Assembly (NCBI GenBank): GCA_044236265.1
Contig: JBIIGV010000010.1
Span: 1 to 42,670, forward strand
Reading direction: 5' to 3'
DNA from: Oligoflexales bacterium
GTDB taxonomy: Bacteria > Bdellovibrionota_B > Oligoflexia > Oligoflexales > RGVZ01
Length of the DNA: 42,670 bases
Shown: in pieces, positions 1 through 9,625 of the stretch
How positions within the stretch are numbered: the first letter of the stretch is position 1
Layout of the letters: every line of letters starts with the position of its first letter
The notes under the pieces: model-generated
What the model was told of the DNA's origin: nothing
What the model saw: the letters and a program-made list of their open reading frames with translations, nothing else
Database searches by the model: none
Position numbers and translations under genes: made by a program

Positions 1-717
1 TACCTTCGGTGAGAAGGAATAAATCCATCCCGTGGCCAAACGCCCTGCAAAACTTTGAATGCTGACATCTGCATTGAGCGCGATCTTATTACGCGTTTGA
101 ATTGCTGCCGCGTCATTACCGCATGGAGGTTCTTTGCGTGCCTCATTAATGCTGCATACGCGCAAGGGCGCAGCCGTCTCGCCTTTGATGCCAACAGAGC
201 GAAATCCTGCCGCCCAGGTTGTATACCAAGCGCCCCCTAAAGGGTGCCAAGCCAAACCTGTGTACACATGAGGACCCCAGGTTACCTTGAACTTGATATC
301 AAAGGCTGGATAAGCGACCGCCAATGTTTTAGAGCGATCGGAGGTAATGACGTCACTGGGCATCGATACATTCACATCGATTGGCATTGGTCCACTTAGG
401 CCGAGAAAAAAAGCAAGTTTAGATGATGTGCTGTAGCGATACTCGAGACGCATAAGCTCAGGGGTAGCCCCCCAAACTCCGATGACGTGCCGGCGAATTT
501 TTTTGCGGCGCTCGTCCTCTGGCTCTGGTTCAAAGTCGGCCTCATCTATGATCGGCTTTCCTTGTTTGGATTTTCGACGGTAGTAAAAGTCTTTTTTTGC
601 CTGTCCGCCCGCTTTCCAGCTGGGCGGCAGCTCGTCTTCGCCGAGGGCGGCAGAAGGCGCCGTCAGCGCGACAGCAGCAAGTGTGATCACTGGAATTATT
701 TTCCAATCAAAAGCCAT
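1..717 (-). CDS. Secreted hypothetical protein, possibly an outer-membrane protein (runs off the window start)
   Basis: Manually translated frame from the ATG at 717, open to position 1: MAFDWKIIPVITLAAVALTAPSAALGEDE... It has a signal peptide and alternating aromatic/hydrophobic strands. It is absent from the ORF track because no stop lies in the window. Confidence 0.75.
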   Translation of the reverse strand, partial: MAFDWKIIPVITLAAVALTAPSAALGEDELPPSWKAGGQAKKDFYYRRKSKQGKPIIDEADFEPEPEDERRKKIRRHVIGVWGATPELMRLEYRYSTSSKLAFFLGLSGPMPIDVNVSMPSDVITSDRSKTLAVAYPAFDIKFKVTWGPHVYTGLAWHPLGGAWYTTWAAGFRSVGIKGETAAPLRVCSINEARKEPPCGNDAAAIQTRNKIALNADVSIQSFAGRLATGWIYSFSPKV

Positions 718-814
718 CAAATTCCAATTCAGTGATGTGTGTCGTAAAATAAAATGACGCGTCTTGCTTTATTTTACCTGAGGTTGTCTTCGATGTCGTT
801 GTTTGGGGTGTGAG

Positions 815-1042
815 ATGGATAAAAATCAACAACCGGCAGGTGGCGATGAGCGCAAGACGTTGCACGACTTAGCAAACGCCCTGACCATTGCGCAGGGCAA
901 ACTGGCGCTTCTTGTTCGGCAGGTGCAGCAATCATCAGAGCCTATTAGTCAAAGCGAAATGGTTCAAAAGCTTGATCAGATTTTAAGCACCATGAACCGA
1001 ATGGCAGATCTCATCCACGTGCGGCGCGAGACTTTAAAATAA
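815..1042 (+). CDS. Small stand-alone HisKA/DHp-like protein
   Basis: 75 aa from the ATG at 815. H-box-like LHDLANALTIAQGKL followed by a second amphipathic helix; no ATPase domain. Confidence 0.65.
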   Translation: MDKNQQPAGGDERKTLHDLANALTIAQGKLALLVRQVQQSSEPISQSEMVQKLDQILSTMNRMADLIHVRRETLK

Positions 1043-1214
1043 GCCTTAAGACGCCATCTCAGGCGCTTTTCTACCAATGCGATCTTCCGGTTGCTTATCC
1101 CTCGTTGCGATGTTTAAATCTTCGTTGGTATTGCTTAAAAAATATACAAAATAGAGACCCAAGCAGGGGCGGATACGCCTGAGGTTTTGGGCTCGTCTTC
1201 AATCGGGAAGAGTC

Positions 1215-2150
1215 ATGTCGGTATCGTCGTCACAGGATCAAGCTACAGCCAGGCTGAAAGAGCGATTGCAACGAATGGTTGGGGATCATGCAGGCAGCGC
1301 TAATCCACGACGATCTGACGCCTGTGCATTAAAGTCAAAGTGTCAGAAGTGCTGGAATCATAGCGGCGTGGTCCTGGAAGCGAAGGCTTCGACTGTCCAT
1401 GCTCAGCTTTGTGACTGTGTGAAGTCTTGTGGTCTTTGTGCTGGAAGCTGTATGGCACCAAAGGATGGCGCTGTTACGGATTGTGCGCAGCCGAGTCCTA
1501 GGCGTGTGATTGCGATTATAAATGAAGCTCGAATTCCTGCGCGCTACATCGATGCCGATATATCTAAATTTGAAGGATTTTCGGCTAACGAGCGCAGTCA
1601 GAAAACAACGTTGATGAATTGGTTTAAGTCGTTGGTTCCTGGAAAAAGCTCCGGACTACTCCTTAGTGGGCCAGTGGGATTGGGTAAGAGTTGGCTGCTA
1701 TCCGCGATGGCTAAGCATTTAGCCTTTCAGGGCATCAGTGTTCGCTATGCGGATTTTTTTCAACTGGTTCATGAACTCCGCGATGCCTACGCTAACGATC
1801 TCGCAGATAAGTCGAGTTTAAAACCTCTACAGAATGTTGACGTCTTGATTATTGATGAGCTTGGCAAAGGACGTAATACGGAATGGGAGCTCAGCGTCGC
1901 CGATAGTTTAATAAGCGAGCGATACAATGGGAACAAGTGTGTCATTGCCGCCACGAATTACCCGCTTAAAGGCGGCGATCAAGCCAACCGTCAAATTGAT
2001 TATCTGCGGGCCGATCATTCTGCTACCAACCAGATGAACGCACAAACATTTGAGCCCCTGAGCCAGCGTATTGGTTCGCGCATGTTCTCGCGTCTCTATG
2101 AAAACTGTTTATGCTTAGAGATCAGTGGTTCTGATCGCAGGCGTCGTTAA
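1215..2150 (+). CDS. DnaC/IstB-like AAA+ ATPase with Cys-rich N-terminus
   Basis: Walker A GPVGLGKS, Walker B LIIDELG, RY...ATNY, C-terminal RMFSRLYE...GSDRR, and several N-terminal CxxC motifs. Confidence 0.85.
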   Translation: MSVSSSQDQATARLKERLQRMVGDHAGSANPRRSDACALKSKCQKCWNHSGVVLEAKASTVHAQLCDCVKSCGLCAGSCMAPKDGAVTDCAQPSPRRVIAIINEARIPARYIDADISKFEGFSANERSQKTTLMNWFKSLVPGKSSGLLLSGPVGLGKSWLLSAMAKHLAFQGISVRYADFFQLVHELRDAYANDLADKSSLKPLQNVDVLIIDELGKGRNTEWELSVADSLISERYNGNKCVIAATNYPLKGGDQANRQIDYLRADHSATNQMNAQTFEPLSQRIGSRMFSRLYENCLCLEISGSDRRRR

Positions 2151-2153
2151 TCC

Positions 2154-3038
2154 ATGAATAGTCAACCGTCGTCGGCATGCCGCATTGGCTTCCTGAACCG
2201 CTGGAGCCCAGAGAGTCATCTCTGGGGAGTGAGGCTGGACGGCGGGACACTCCAGATCGACCGCAAAGCATTCTCGTGCTGTGGCGGTGATGGTCTACTA
2301 GTTGAGTCGACAAGCGAAAGAATCGCGTCTTTTTGTGGACTGACGAGACGATGGAACTTGTTGGATTTTGTTGTGCGCCAGGCCTCGCTCTCCCCCGAGA
2401 AGGTCCAGGATTTTTGGCGTGTTGTTTTGCTTCAGGGCGATCGCATGGAAAAATCTGTTTGCGACCACGAAATGCGTTCGCTCGTTGGAGAGCATCTCGA
2501 TCAATGGCTTAGCGCTGACAAAGGAAAACCTTTTTCATGGCTGTCGCCTGGCTTAGGCGCCAGTGGGATCAAACCACATCTGATGTCGATTACGGCAGCC
2601 GTACTTTCATGGCACTACGAGAAAGCAGTTTTAATGGCTAAGCCTGGGGTGGCGCCATTACCCGTGAATCTTTGGCAGGACATGCTAAAGAGGCATCCGC
2701 AGTCCAAAGCGATGATGCTGATTGAGCTGCCGTCGGATCTTTGGAACGCGTCTAAACTGGAGCCGTTGGAGGCCGCGATCGCGTTTGCCTATGAGCGCTG
2801 CTTGCCAACTTGGTTATATATCAATCAGCCTGAAGAGTCGCCCTCGCCAACCTCAGATAGCCAGGGAGATGTCCGAAAATCGCGCGGTTTTCGGCAGGCA
2901 GTCGCATCGCGGCTTGATCTAATCAAACATAAGAGTCCTCTTGAATGGCTTTCTGCTCAGGCACGTAGCCGTTTGACGGAGATTTGTCAGCTGCCGACAG
3001 CCCCTAAAGATGCGCCTGGTATTCCAGAGTTTATTTAG
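2154..3038 (+). CDS. Hypothetical protein, probably co-transcribed with the DnaC-like gene
   Basis: 294-aa ORF starting 3 nt after the upstream stop; no motif recognised. Confidence 0.7.
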   Translation: MNSQPSSACRIGFLNRWSPESHLWGVRLDGGTLQIDRKAFSCCGGDGLLVESTSERIASFCGLTRRWNLLDFVVRQASLSPEKVQDFWRVVLLQGDRMEKSVCDHEMRSLVGEHLDQWLSADKGKPFSWLSPGLGASGIKPHLMSITAAVLSWHYEKAVLMAKPGVAPLPVNLWQDMLKRHPQSKAMMLIELPSDLWNASKLEPLEAAIAFAYERCLPTWLYINQPEESPSPTSDSQGDVRKSRGFRQAVASRLDLIKHKSPLEWLSAQARSRLTEICQLPTAPKDAPGIPEFI

Positions 3039-3124
3039 CCAAGTTATCAAAACACCAACACGCTTATCTTAACCCTAAGTCTGTAGAGACTTTGCGCGGG
3101 TGGCCCTTCGATTAGTAGCTGTAC

Positions 3125-3150
3125 TAAAGAGGACTTACCCAGTGCCGATA
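3125..3150 (+). promoter_or_regulatory. sigma28 (FliA)-type promoter
   Basis: TAAA-N15-GCCGATA, 37 nt upstream of the ATG at 3188. Confidence 0.6.
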
Positions 3151-3187
3151 CCTGTTTGCGGTTGCAAACAATTATCGGAGGCTAACC

Positions 3188-3979
3188 ATGCGTCGTAATC
3201 ACCTTTTAAACTGCATGATGATCACAGCACTATCGACCATCGCTCAGATTTCGTTGGCGGCTGACACCGATCCGATCGGGAAAAAAATTGACAATGCGCA
3301 GATCATGGAGCGCGTAGCGCTTATTGGCGTGATCGCCGGTGGATCTGATGCCAGCGGTGTGGCGGTGATAAAAGACACCAAAACAGGTCGTACCTATGCC
3401 ATCAAAACCGGAGACAATCTTCCCGGTGTGGGTCACATTAAACTCAGTAGCGTCAGACGTGAGTTGGCAGTCTTTAACGTTGATGGCCAGGACTATTCGG
3501 TAAGACTCAGTGTTGGTGGTTACGCGCAAACAGCTGATGATGACGAGGACCTTGAGGCCGATTTAAATGAAGAGCATGAGGGACCAGGACTTTTCGAAAA
3601 ATGGCATGGCTCAGGGATCGCCGATCTGGACATTGGACAAGATGACGAAGCAAACGGCATCGCCGAGAAAATGGTCAATACACGCAGAGATGAATCTGAG
3701 GTGAAGACTAAGCGTTCAGCGAAGGGGAACACGCCAACAGATAAAAATCCGAACCACACTGAAATAGTGGTTGAGACGAACGATCAGGCGCGGGCAGAGG
3801 AAGCAAATGCTCTGCGTACGGACAAAGATGGACCCGTCCACGAGTTCTTGGACGAATTGACGACTGCAAAGAGCCAGGACAGCAAATTAAAGAACAAAAT
3901 AAACGCCGCTAATGCCACCAAAAAACAAATAAAAGCCGAAAACGTCAATGTGGACGTTCGTAATGAAGCGGCAGAATAA
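3188..3979 (+). CDS. Secreted protein with GspC-HR/PilP-like N-terminal domain and charged low-complexity tail
   Basis: Signal peptide (..SLA-AD), RBS GGAGG. LIGVIAGG..GVAVIKD..TYAIKTGDNLPG..KLSSVRRE..VF resembles the GspC-HR/PilP beta-sandwich pattern. Confidence 0.65.
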   Translation: MRRNHLLNCMMITALSTIAQISLAADTDPIGKKIDNAQIMERVALIGVIAGGSDASGVAVIKDTKTGRTYAIKTGDNLPGVGHIKLSSVRRELAVFNVDGQDYSVRLSVGGYAQTADDDEDLEADLNEEHEGPGLFEKWHGSGIADLDIGQDDEANGIAEKMVNTRRDESEVKTKRSAKGNTPTDKNPNHTEIVVETNDQARAEEANALRTDKDGPVHEFLDELTTAKSQDSKLKNKINAANATKKQIKAENVNVDVRNEAAE

Positions 3980-5435
3980 GTCCGGCAGAGTAGGTTTGAG
4001 CCTGACTGACAACGACTTGGTGCTGACCGATTTTGATCGACGGTAATTTGATTTCAAAGAGGCTCCGCGCACTTGCGGGGCTTTTTTGTATCAAGTCACT
4101 AACTTGCTCAGCTAGATGAGGAAGGCCGGAAGGGGCGTAATCATCGGCCAAAAGCCCCGAGTTGGCAATAACGCCTCCGTCAGTAAACTCTACAGCGATA
4201 AGAGACCCTTTGAGCAAGCGATTACTATTTGAAGTTAGTTGAAAGACCACTTTCGCATTCAGGCGCAGTTTAGCAATAACCGCCGTTGGTGAGTTCACAG
4301 TGACCGTAAGGTTTTGAACATCCAAGTTTGCTAACTCAGGTGAAAGTTCGTCACCACTCCATTTGTAGGATTCAGCGCCGAGGATGTGCACTTCAAGAGG
4401 ATCATCAGCAGACATGACGCTGTGCAGATTTGGAAATAATGGGACCCACATATCGTGGCTGAGTGCACGGCCAAGCATGCCGTGGTTGCCACGCAGTCGT
4501 GCGCGGATAATGCCCTTTGACTGAGCTTCCGCTAACATAGCATCCAGCGTTTGCCAGGAGACTCCAAAAAAACTCAAATGGCTTGGCCACTCATTGTTGC
4601 TGCTAAAGCTGGAAACTTGGTCCGGATCAATCGTGAGCGACGTCGCAAAGGAGCACACAAACCTGTCCGCATTTATGTCAAGGCGACTGGGATGGACGCT
4701 GACTTGTGCGTTGAAAGACGGGACGTCCTGGCCCTCAAACGGGAGTGTGACGTTGAGAGAGAGCATGGGGCTAAGTTCTGCCGTTCGTTCACTGAGACCC
4801 TTGGCCAGCGCCTGTGATAAGGCTGATGAAATGGTTTCCTTGTAGCCTTCAATCAAGCTTGGGAGCGTCCATCTAACGAGCCAATTTAATCCAAAAAGCA
4901 CATTGCAAGTTTCTGGATATTGAACGTCAAAGTTGTTGTCGTTGAGATCAAAGGTTGCTTCTGACACGGAAAGTGCTAGCTGTCCGTCAGCGGTCACAGT
5001 TGGATGTACAATGACGGTTACCGGTATGTCAGATGAAGGGCTTGAAACAGGGATGTTCGTACAAAGGCTGGTTCCCGACTTATTCATTTCCAAACGACGG
5101 ATGAGCCCATCAAAGCCGCCTAATAACAATTTAAAGCGAATGCCACCTTGCAACAGGTTGGATTCGGTGATGCGTGTCTTGAAAGCATAGCGAATACCGC
5201 GCGCTGTAATCGTACCAAAAGCGTAAGGGCTACTGAGAGGCCCTGGTGACTCGCCCGCAAGAGGCTCTGCATCTAACGCGTCCTGAACGGCGCGCTCAAT
5301 GGTGGATAAATCTCCCCTCGTGAACTGAACCAGAAGGTTTTCTGACGCTTCTGTCGCCCAAAGAGTTTGGGAGCACAGAGCCATCAAGATCATCGAAATA
5401 ATAGTAAGTATCGTCTTACTCATGACTTGCGTCAT
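3945..5435 (-). CDS. Secreted protein, possible BPI/LBP/CETP (TULIP)-like lipid-binding fold
   Basis: 496-aa ORF with a signal peptide (start may be 5423). The BPI-like resemblance is by eye only. Confidence 0.6.
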   Translation of the reverse strand: MTQVMSKTILTIISMILMALCSQTLWATEASENLLVQFTRGDLSTIERAVQDALDAEPLAGESPGPLSSPYAFGTITARGIRYAFKTRITESNLLQGGIRFKLLLGGFDGLIRRLEMNKSGTSLCTNIPVSSPSSDIPVTVIVHPTVTADGQLALSVSEATFDLNDNNFDVQYPETCNVLFGLNWLVRWTLPSLIEGYKETISSALSQALAKGLSERTAELSPMLSLNVTLPFEGQDVPSFNAQVSVHPSRLDINADRFVCSFATSLTIDPDQVSSFSSNNEWPSHLSFFGVSWQTLDAMLAEAQSKGIIRARLRGNHGMLGRALSHDMWVPLFPNLHSVMSADDPLEVHILGAESYKWSGDELSPELANLDVQNLTVTVNSPTAVIAKLRLNAKVVFQLTSNSNRLLKGSLIAVEFTDGGVIANSGLLADDYAPSGLPHLAEQVSDLIQKSPASARSLFEIKLPSIKIGQHQVVVSQAQTYSAGLILPLHYERPH

Positions 5436-5898
5436 ACCATCCGTCGGCGTTTCGTCTTTCGTGAATCAACGCCCATGCCGCCCCGCAAAAGAGCTTTCCA
5501 ATACTATTGAGCTCAGCGTCATCCATCGGCCCTTCGGCCTTTACGACAATATTCAATTGATCACAGCCTTGAGCCAACTGCTTAAGATTTTCAAAATCAG
5601 ACCGCGCCTGAGCTAAGGTGTCAAAGAATACAACCTTATATGAGCGATCTCTCTTTTGTGGCGCGACTGCAAGCTCGCCCGCAGGTCGACTTAGTTGGCG
5701 TTTTGGCTGGGTGATGCTCGTAATGCTGGCTTTGCCATGGGCGGGCTTATCTTGCCGCATGCGTTGCGCATCGGCGCCCTGGGGTGGTCGTTGACCATGA
5801 TTGTTCTGTTGGCGTTGATCGGGTCTTGCCTGACCCTGATCTTGCCGTCCGTCACCGCGGTTGTGGTTTCTATGTCGTCCTCGTCCTCTGCGCGCCAT
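5416..5898 (-). CDS. Hypothetical protein with Arg/Gln-rich disordered N-terminus
   Basis: 160-aa ORF 20 nt downstream of glyQS with RBS AAGGAAGG; compact C-terminal domain ending AAWALIHERRNADGWY. Confidence 0.75.
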   Translation of the reverse strand: MARRGRGRHRNHNRGDGRQDQGQARPDQRQQNNHGQRPPQGADAQRMRQDKPAHGKASITSITQPKRQLSRPAGELAVAPQKRDRSYKVVFFDTLAQARSDFENLKQLAQGCDQLNIVVKAEGPMDDAELNSIGKLFCGAAWALIHERRNADGWYDASHE

Positions 5899-5918
5899 CT
5901 CTATAAAACCTTCCTTGG

Positions 5919-7451
5919 TTAACAGCCTGTTTGTTCTGAATTCAGCCGCGTCTGTATCACAGCGAGGACGTCATCAATTTTGATTCTTTGCTGGGTGGCC
6001 GTGTCTCGGTCACGTATGGTCACTGTGTTGTCACTCAGTGACTGCATGTCGACTGTCAGACAGTAGGGCGTTCCAATCTCGTCATGCCGCGCATAGCGCT
6101 TTCCGATAGATTGCTGTTCATCATAGCTGACATTAAGACCCGCCCGACGGAGGATTTTCACGATTTCGCGCCCCTTTTCCGGGAGCCCGTCTTTTTTCAC
6201 CAGAGGTAGGATCGCTGCCTTGAAGGGTGCAAATTTTGGATGAAGCTTGAGTACAACGCGAGACTTATCATTGCCCTCGTGGTCGACGCCTTTTTCCTCG
6301 TGGTAGGCATCCAGAAGGAAGCACAGAACGCTCCGAGTCAAGCCCGCTGCAGGCTCTATCACGTAAGGTGTATACCTCCAACCAGGTTTGCCGGTCTGGG
6401 GATCTGGTTTGTTTTGATCGAAATAACTAAGTTTAACGCCGGTCGCTTCGGCATGCTTACCCAAGTCGTAATCGGTGCGGGATGCAATGCCCTCGAGCTC
6501 GCCCCATCCCCAAGGGTAGAGATATTCGACGTCGTAACATTCATCGCTGTAATGCGCTAACTCATCATCGGCGTGTGCGCGTAAACGAAACTTATCGCCG
6601 CTGTTGGCATAGCGCTTGTACCAGGCCATGCGTTCACCACACCAATATTTCATCCATTCGCCCTGTGTGCCCGGCTCACAGAAAAACTCCATCTCCATCT
6701 GTTCAAACTCGCAGGAGCGGAAAATGAAATGCTCAACAACAATTTCATTGCGAAAGCTTTTGCCGACCTGAGCAATACCAAAAGGCACCTTCATGGACAT
6801 GGATTGTTGCACATTAAGAAACTGAACAAACATCGCCTGGGCGGTTTCGGGGCGAAGATAGACGGCAGATCTAGCACCCACTTCATCGACCGCAGCGCGC
6901 TTTTCTTCGGAGGACATCTCAGGTTTGACGGCTGCGAGCATGTCACCCGTTGGGTCTACGGGGCCAAGACTTGTGCGGAACATCAGGTTAAATTGCCGCT
7001 CAGAGCTAAGGTTGGGGCAGGAGCAGACTGGGCAGACATAGCCCTTTTCCGAGACCGCGCCTTTTTGCTTTTCACCGGAGGTTTTGCCCCCCTTGTGAAA
7101 CGTGATCTCTGCTCCCGGAGCATGCTTTGGCGCTTTGTCAGCACGAAAACGTTCGCGGCAGTTTAAGCAGTCCACTAGCGGATCAGAAAATCCGGACAAA
7201 TGCCCAGAGGTCTGCCAAACCTTTGGGTGCATCATGATGCTGGCATCGATACCAACCACATCTTCGCGCTCATAAACCATGGAGCGCCACCATTCGTTAG
7301 CAATGTTTCGTTTGAGCTCCACGCCCAGGGGGCCGTAGTCGTAGCAGCTACGAAGGCCACCGTAGATCTCCGAGCTTTGAAAGATAAAACCACGTCGCTT
7401 GCAGAGAGAGACGATTTTGGCCATGGTGTCTTGGGAGGTTTCGTGAGACAT
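5919..7451 (-). CDS. glyQS: Glycine--tRNA ligase, alpha2 (homodimeric) type
   Basis: SLCKRRGFIFQSSEIYGG, YDYGPLG, YLRPETAQ, GKSFRNEI, FEQME, ELEGIASRTDYDL, YVIEPAAG and anticodon domain SIGKRYARHDEIGTPY. Confidence 0.97.
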   Translation of the reverse strand: MSHETSQDTMAKIVSLCKRRGFIFQSSEIYGGLRSCYDYGPLGVELKRNIANEWWRSMVYEREDVVGIDASIMMHPKVWQTSGHLSGFSDPLVDCLNCRERFRADKAPKHAPGAEITFHKGGKTSGEKQKGAVSEKGYVCPVCSCPNLSSERQFNLMFRTSLGPVDPTGDMLAAVKPEMSSEEKRAAVDEVGARSAVYLRPETAQAMFVQFLNVQQSMSMKVPFGIAQVGKSFRNEIVVEHFIFRSCEFEQMEMEFFCEPGTQGEWMKYWCGERMAWYKRYANSGDKFRLRAHADDELAHYSDECYDVEYLYPWGWGELEGIASRTDYDLGKHAEATGVKLSYFDQNKPDPQTGKPGWRYTPYVIEPAAGLTRSVLCFLLDAYHEEKGVDHEGNDKSRVVLKLHPKFAPFKAAILPLVKKDGLPEKGREIVKILRRAGLNVSYDEQQSIGKRYARHDEIGTPYCLTVDMQSLSDNTVTIRDRDTATQQRIKIDDVLAVIQTRLNSEQTGC

Positions 7452-7652
7452 GCGCTAAAGTCCATGAGTCTAAAAAGTAATCAAATCCCTTTTTATTACA
7501 ACCATTTGAGGTGGAGGGGGAAACTCATCTTATACAGCTTCTTGCAGATGGAAACAATAAAAGGTGAACGGCGCTTTTTGGTCACGGCCACAGGGGCTAT
7601 CCGATGACTCCTTTGATCGGCGATCTAAATATTGGGCAAGTCTCTGTTTATC

Positions 7653-7681
7653 TTGAGTTTTGCGTGAGCTCACTATAGGAT
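7653..7681 (+). promoter_or_regulatory. Putative sigma70 promoter of ahcY
   Basis: TTGAGT-N17-TAGGAT, about 75 nt upstream of the ahcY start. Confidence 0.35.
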
Positions 7682-7756
7682 GGGATCAGCTCGGCACATG
7701 ACTGCAGCGGCGATCCCATATGGTGGGGATCGATCAATATTTGGGAGTTCCTCAAC

Positions 7757-9109
7757 ATGAGTAAGCGCATTGCATCCGCAAAGAAAACGAATGGAAAATC
7801 CAGCGCAGGAAAAAGTGCTTTTTCCGACTACAAGGTTAAAGACATTGGTCTTGCCGAATGGGGACGCAAAGAAATTGAAATCGCTGAAACTGAAATGCCA
7901 GGTCTTATGGCATTGCGTAAAGAGTACGGCAGCAAAAAACCTCTAAAAGGCGCGCGCATTGCTGGCTGTCTCCACATGACCATTCAAACTGCAGTGCTGA
8001 TTGAGACTTTGATTGAGCTGGGTGCGGAAGTGCGCTGGTCTAGCTGTAATATTTACTCCACTCAAGACCACGCTGCAGCTGCGATTGCCGCTGCGGGAAT
8101 TCCCGTGTTTGCCTGGAAGGGCGAAACATTGAAGGAATATGACTGGTGCATCGAGCAGACACTGATGTTTGGTGACAAGCCTCTTAATATGATTCTCGAT
8201 GACGGCGGAGACCTGACGATTCTTGCTCATGAGAAATATCCTCAGCTGCTAAAGCACATCAAAGGCATCTCGGAAGAGACCACAACCGGCGTGCACCGTC
8301 TGTATCAGATGATGGAAAAAGGCAAACTCAAGGTTCCAGCCATTAACGTTAACGACTCGGTCACGAAGTCGAAATTCGATAACCTTTACGGTTGCCGTGA
8401 ATCCTTGGCTGATGGCTTGAAGCGCGCCACAGACGTCATGGTTGCCGGCAAGGTTGTTGTCGTCGCTGGTTACGGTGATGTGGGCAAAGGATCTGCACAG
8501 TCAATGCGCGGTTTGGGCGCGCGCGTGTTGATCACTGAAATTGATCCAATCTGCGCATTGCAGGCTGCGATGGAAGGCTATGAAGTTGTGACAATGGAAG
8601 ATGCAGCGCCGCTTGCTGATATTTTTGTAACGGCGACAGGTTGTGACAACGTCATTTCCGAGAAGCATTTCAAACAAATGAAAGACAATGCCATCGTTTG
8701 TAACATTGGCCACTTCGACAGTGAAGTTGACGTCGCTTGGCTTGAGAAAAATTGCCGCGACGAAATCAACATCAAACCTCAAGTTGACCGTTTCGTGATG
8801 TCGAATGGACGCTCCATTATCTTGTTGGCGCGCGGCCGACTGATGAACTTAGGTTGCGCGAATGGTCATCCAAGCTTTGTGATGTCCAACAGCTTCACCA
8901 ACCAGACGATGGCTCAGATTGAGCTCTGGTGTAATCCAGGCAAGTACAAGGTCGGCGTTTATACACTACCTAAGAAACTTGATGAGAAGGTTGCAGCACT
9001 CCATCTGGATAAGCTTGGCGTTAAGCTGACAAAGCTAACAAAGAAGCAGGCTGATTACCTTGGGATCCCAGTTGATGGCCCATTCAAGCCAGACCACTAC
9101 CGTTATTAA
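7757..9109 (+). CDS. ahcY: Adenosylhomocysteinase (SAH hydrolase)
   Basis: [89 protein letters not shown]. Confidence 0.98.
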   Translation: MSKRIASAKKTNGKSSAGKSAFSDYKVKDIGLAEWGRKEIEIAETEMPGLMALRKEYGSKKPLKGARIAGCLHMTIQTAVLIETLIELGAEVRWSSCNIYSTQDHAAAAIAAAGIPVFAWKGETLKEYDWCIEQTLMFGDKPLNMILDDGGDLTILAHEKYPQLLKHIKGISEETTTGVHRLYQMMEKGKLKVPAINVNDSVTKSKFDNLYGCRESLADGLKRATDVMVAGKVVVVAGYGDVGKGSAQSMRGLGARVLITEIDPICALQAAMEGYEVVTMEDAAPLADIFVTATGCDNVISEKHFKQMKDNAIVCNIGHFDSEVDVAWLEKNCRDEINIKPQVDRFVMSNGRSIILLARGRLMNLGCANGHPSFVMSNSFTNQTMAQIELWCNPGKYKVGVYTLPKKLDEKVAALHLDKLGVKLTKLTKKQADYLGIPVDGPFKPDHYRY

Positions 9110-9125
9110 TCGTATTTAGCATTTT

Positions 9126-9186
9126 CCAAAATCGCAGCATCGCGGCGGCTCAAAAGCCTAAGTGGTGCTGCGATTTGGTTTTCTTG
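9126..9186 (+). terminator. Intrinsic terminator after ahcY
   Basis: AAATCGCAGCATC/GGTGCTGCGATTT stem followed by a T-rich tract. Confidence 0.6.
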
Positions 9187-9277
9187 GCTCATGCGCTGGA
9201 TTCCTGCCGTAAGGATCTGGTATGCTAGTGGTAACCCATTGAAAATTGTCCATGATTTATCACTCCTAAAAAACACC

Positions 9278-9303
9278 TTAAGTTTTTAGGGTTTTGGCCG
9301 ATA
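9278..9303 (+). promoter_or_regulatory. sigma28-type promoter
   Basis: TTAAG-N15-CCGATA upstream of the ORF at 9340. Confidence 0.5.
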
Positions 9304-9339
9304 AGACCATACATTCGTTAGGGTGGAGGTAAGCGCCTT

Positions 9340-9624
9340 ATGAAAGAGCAAAAACCGTCCAATGATTCTAGAAAACGCCATAACGAGCAGTTGATTCGCC
9401 GGATGAAGTCCGGAGAGCCTCTGTGGAGTTATGACAGCAAGGCAAGCTGGTTTCCACCGCGCCCCATGATTGAAAAAGATCCCGAGGCCATCAAGCGTCT
9501 CTACAACAACGCTCCTGCTGGAGAAACATCTCAGTATCAGGATGCGACTGTGCGTCACATTGAAGGTCGTCTGAAAGTTCTTCCAGGAATGAAGGACCAA
9601 AAGAAAACGGAAAAAACTGGCTAA
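9340..9624 (+). CDS. Small hypothetical protein
   Basis: 94-aa ORF with a strong RBS (GGAGGT); its stop abuts the convergent gene. Confidence 0.65.
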   Translation: MKEQKPSNDSRKRHNEQLIRRMKSGEPLWSYDSKASWFPPRPMIEKDPEAIKRLYNNAPAGETSQYQDATVRHIEGRLKVLPGMKDQKKTEKTG

Positions 9625-9625
9625 A

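Noticed and set aside
1215..2150. IS21 element (IstB)
   Set aside because: No IstA/DDE transposase or terminal inverted repeats are adjacent.
7500..7756. SAH riboswitch upstream of ahcY (AACGGCGCT near 7568; GATCCC-based alternative hairpins at 7680-7731)
   Set aside because: The GAGGAGCG..CAGGCTC core is absent, and the matching segment lies upstream of the likely promoter.
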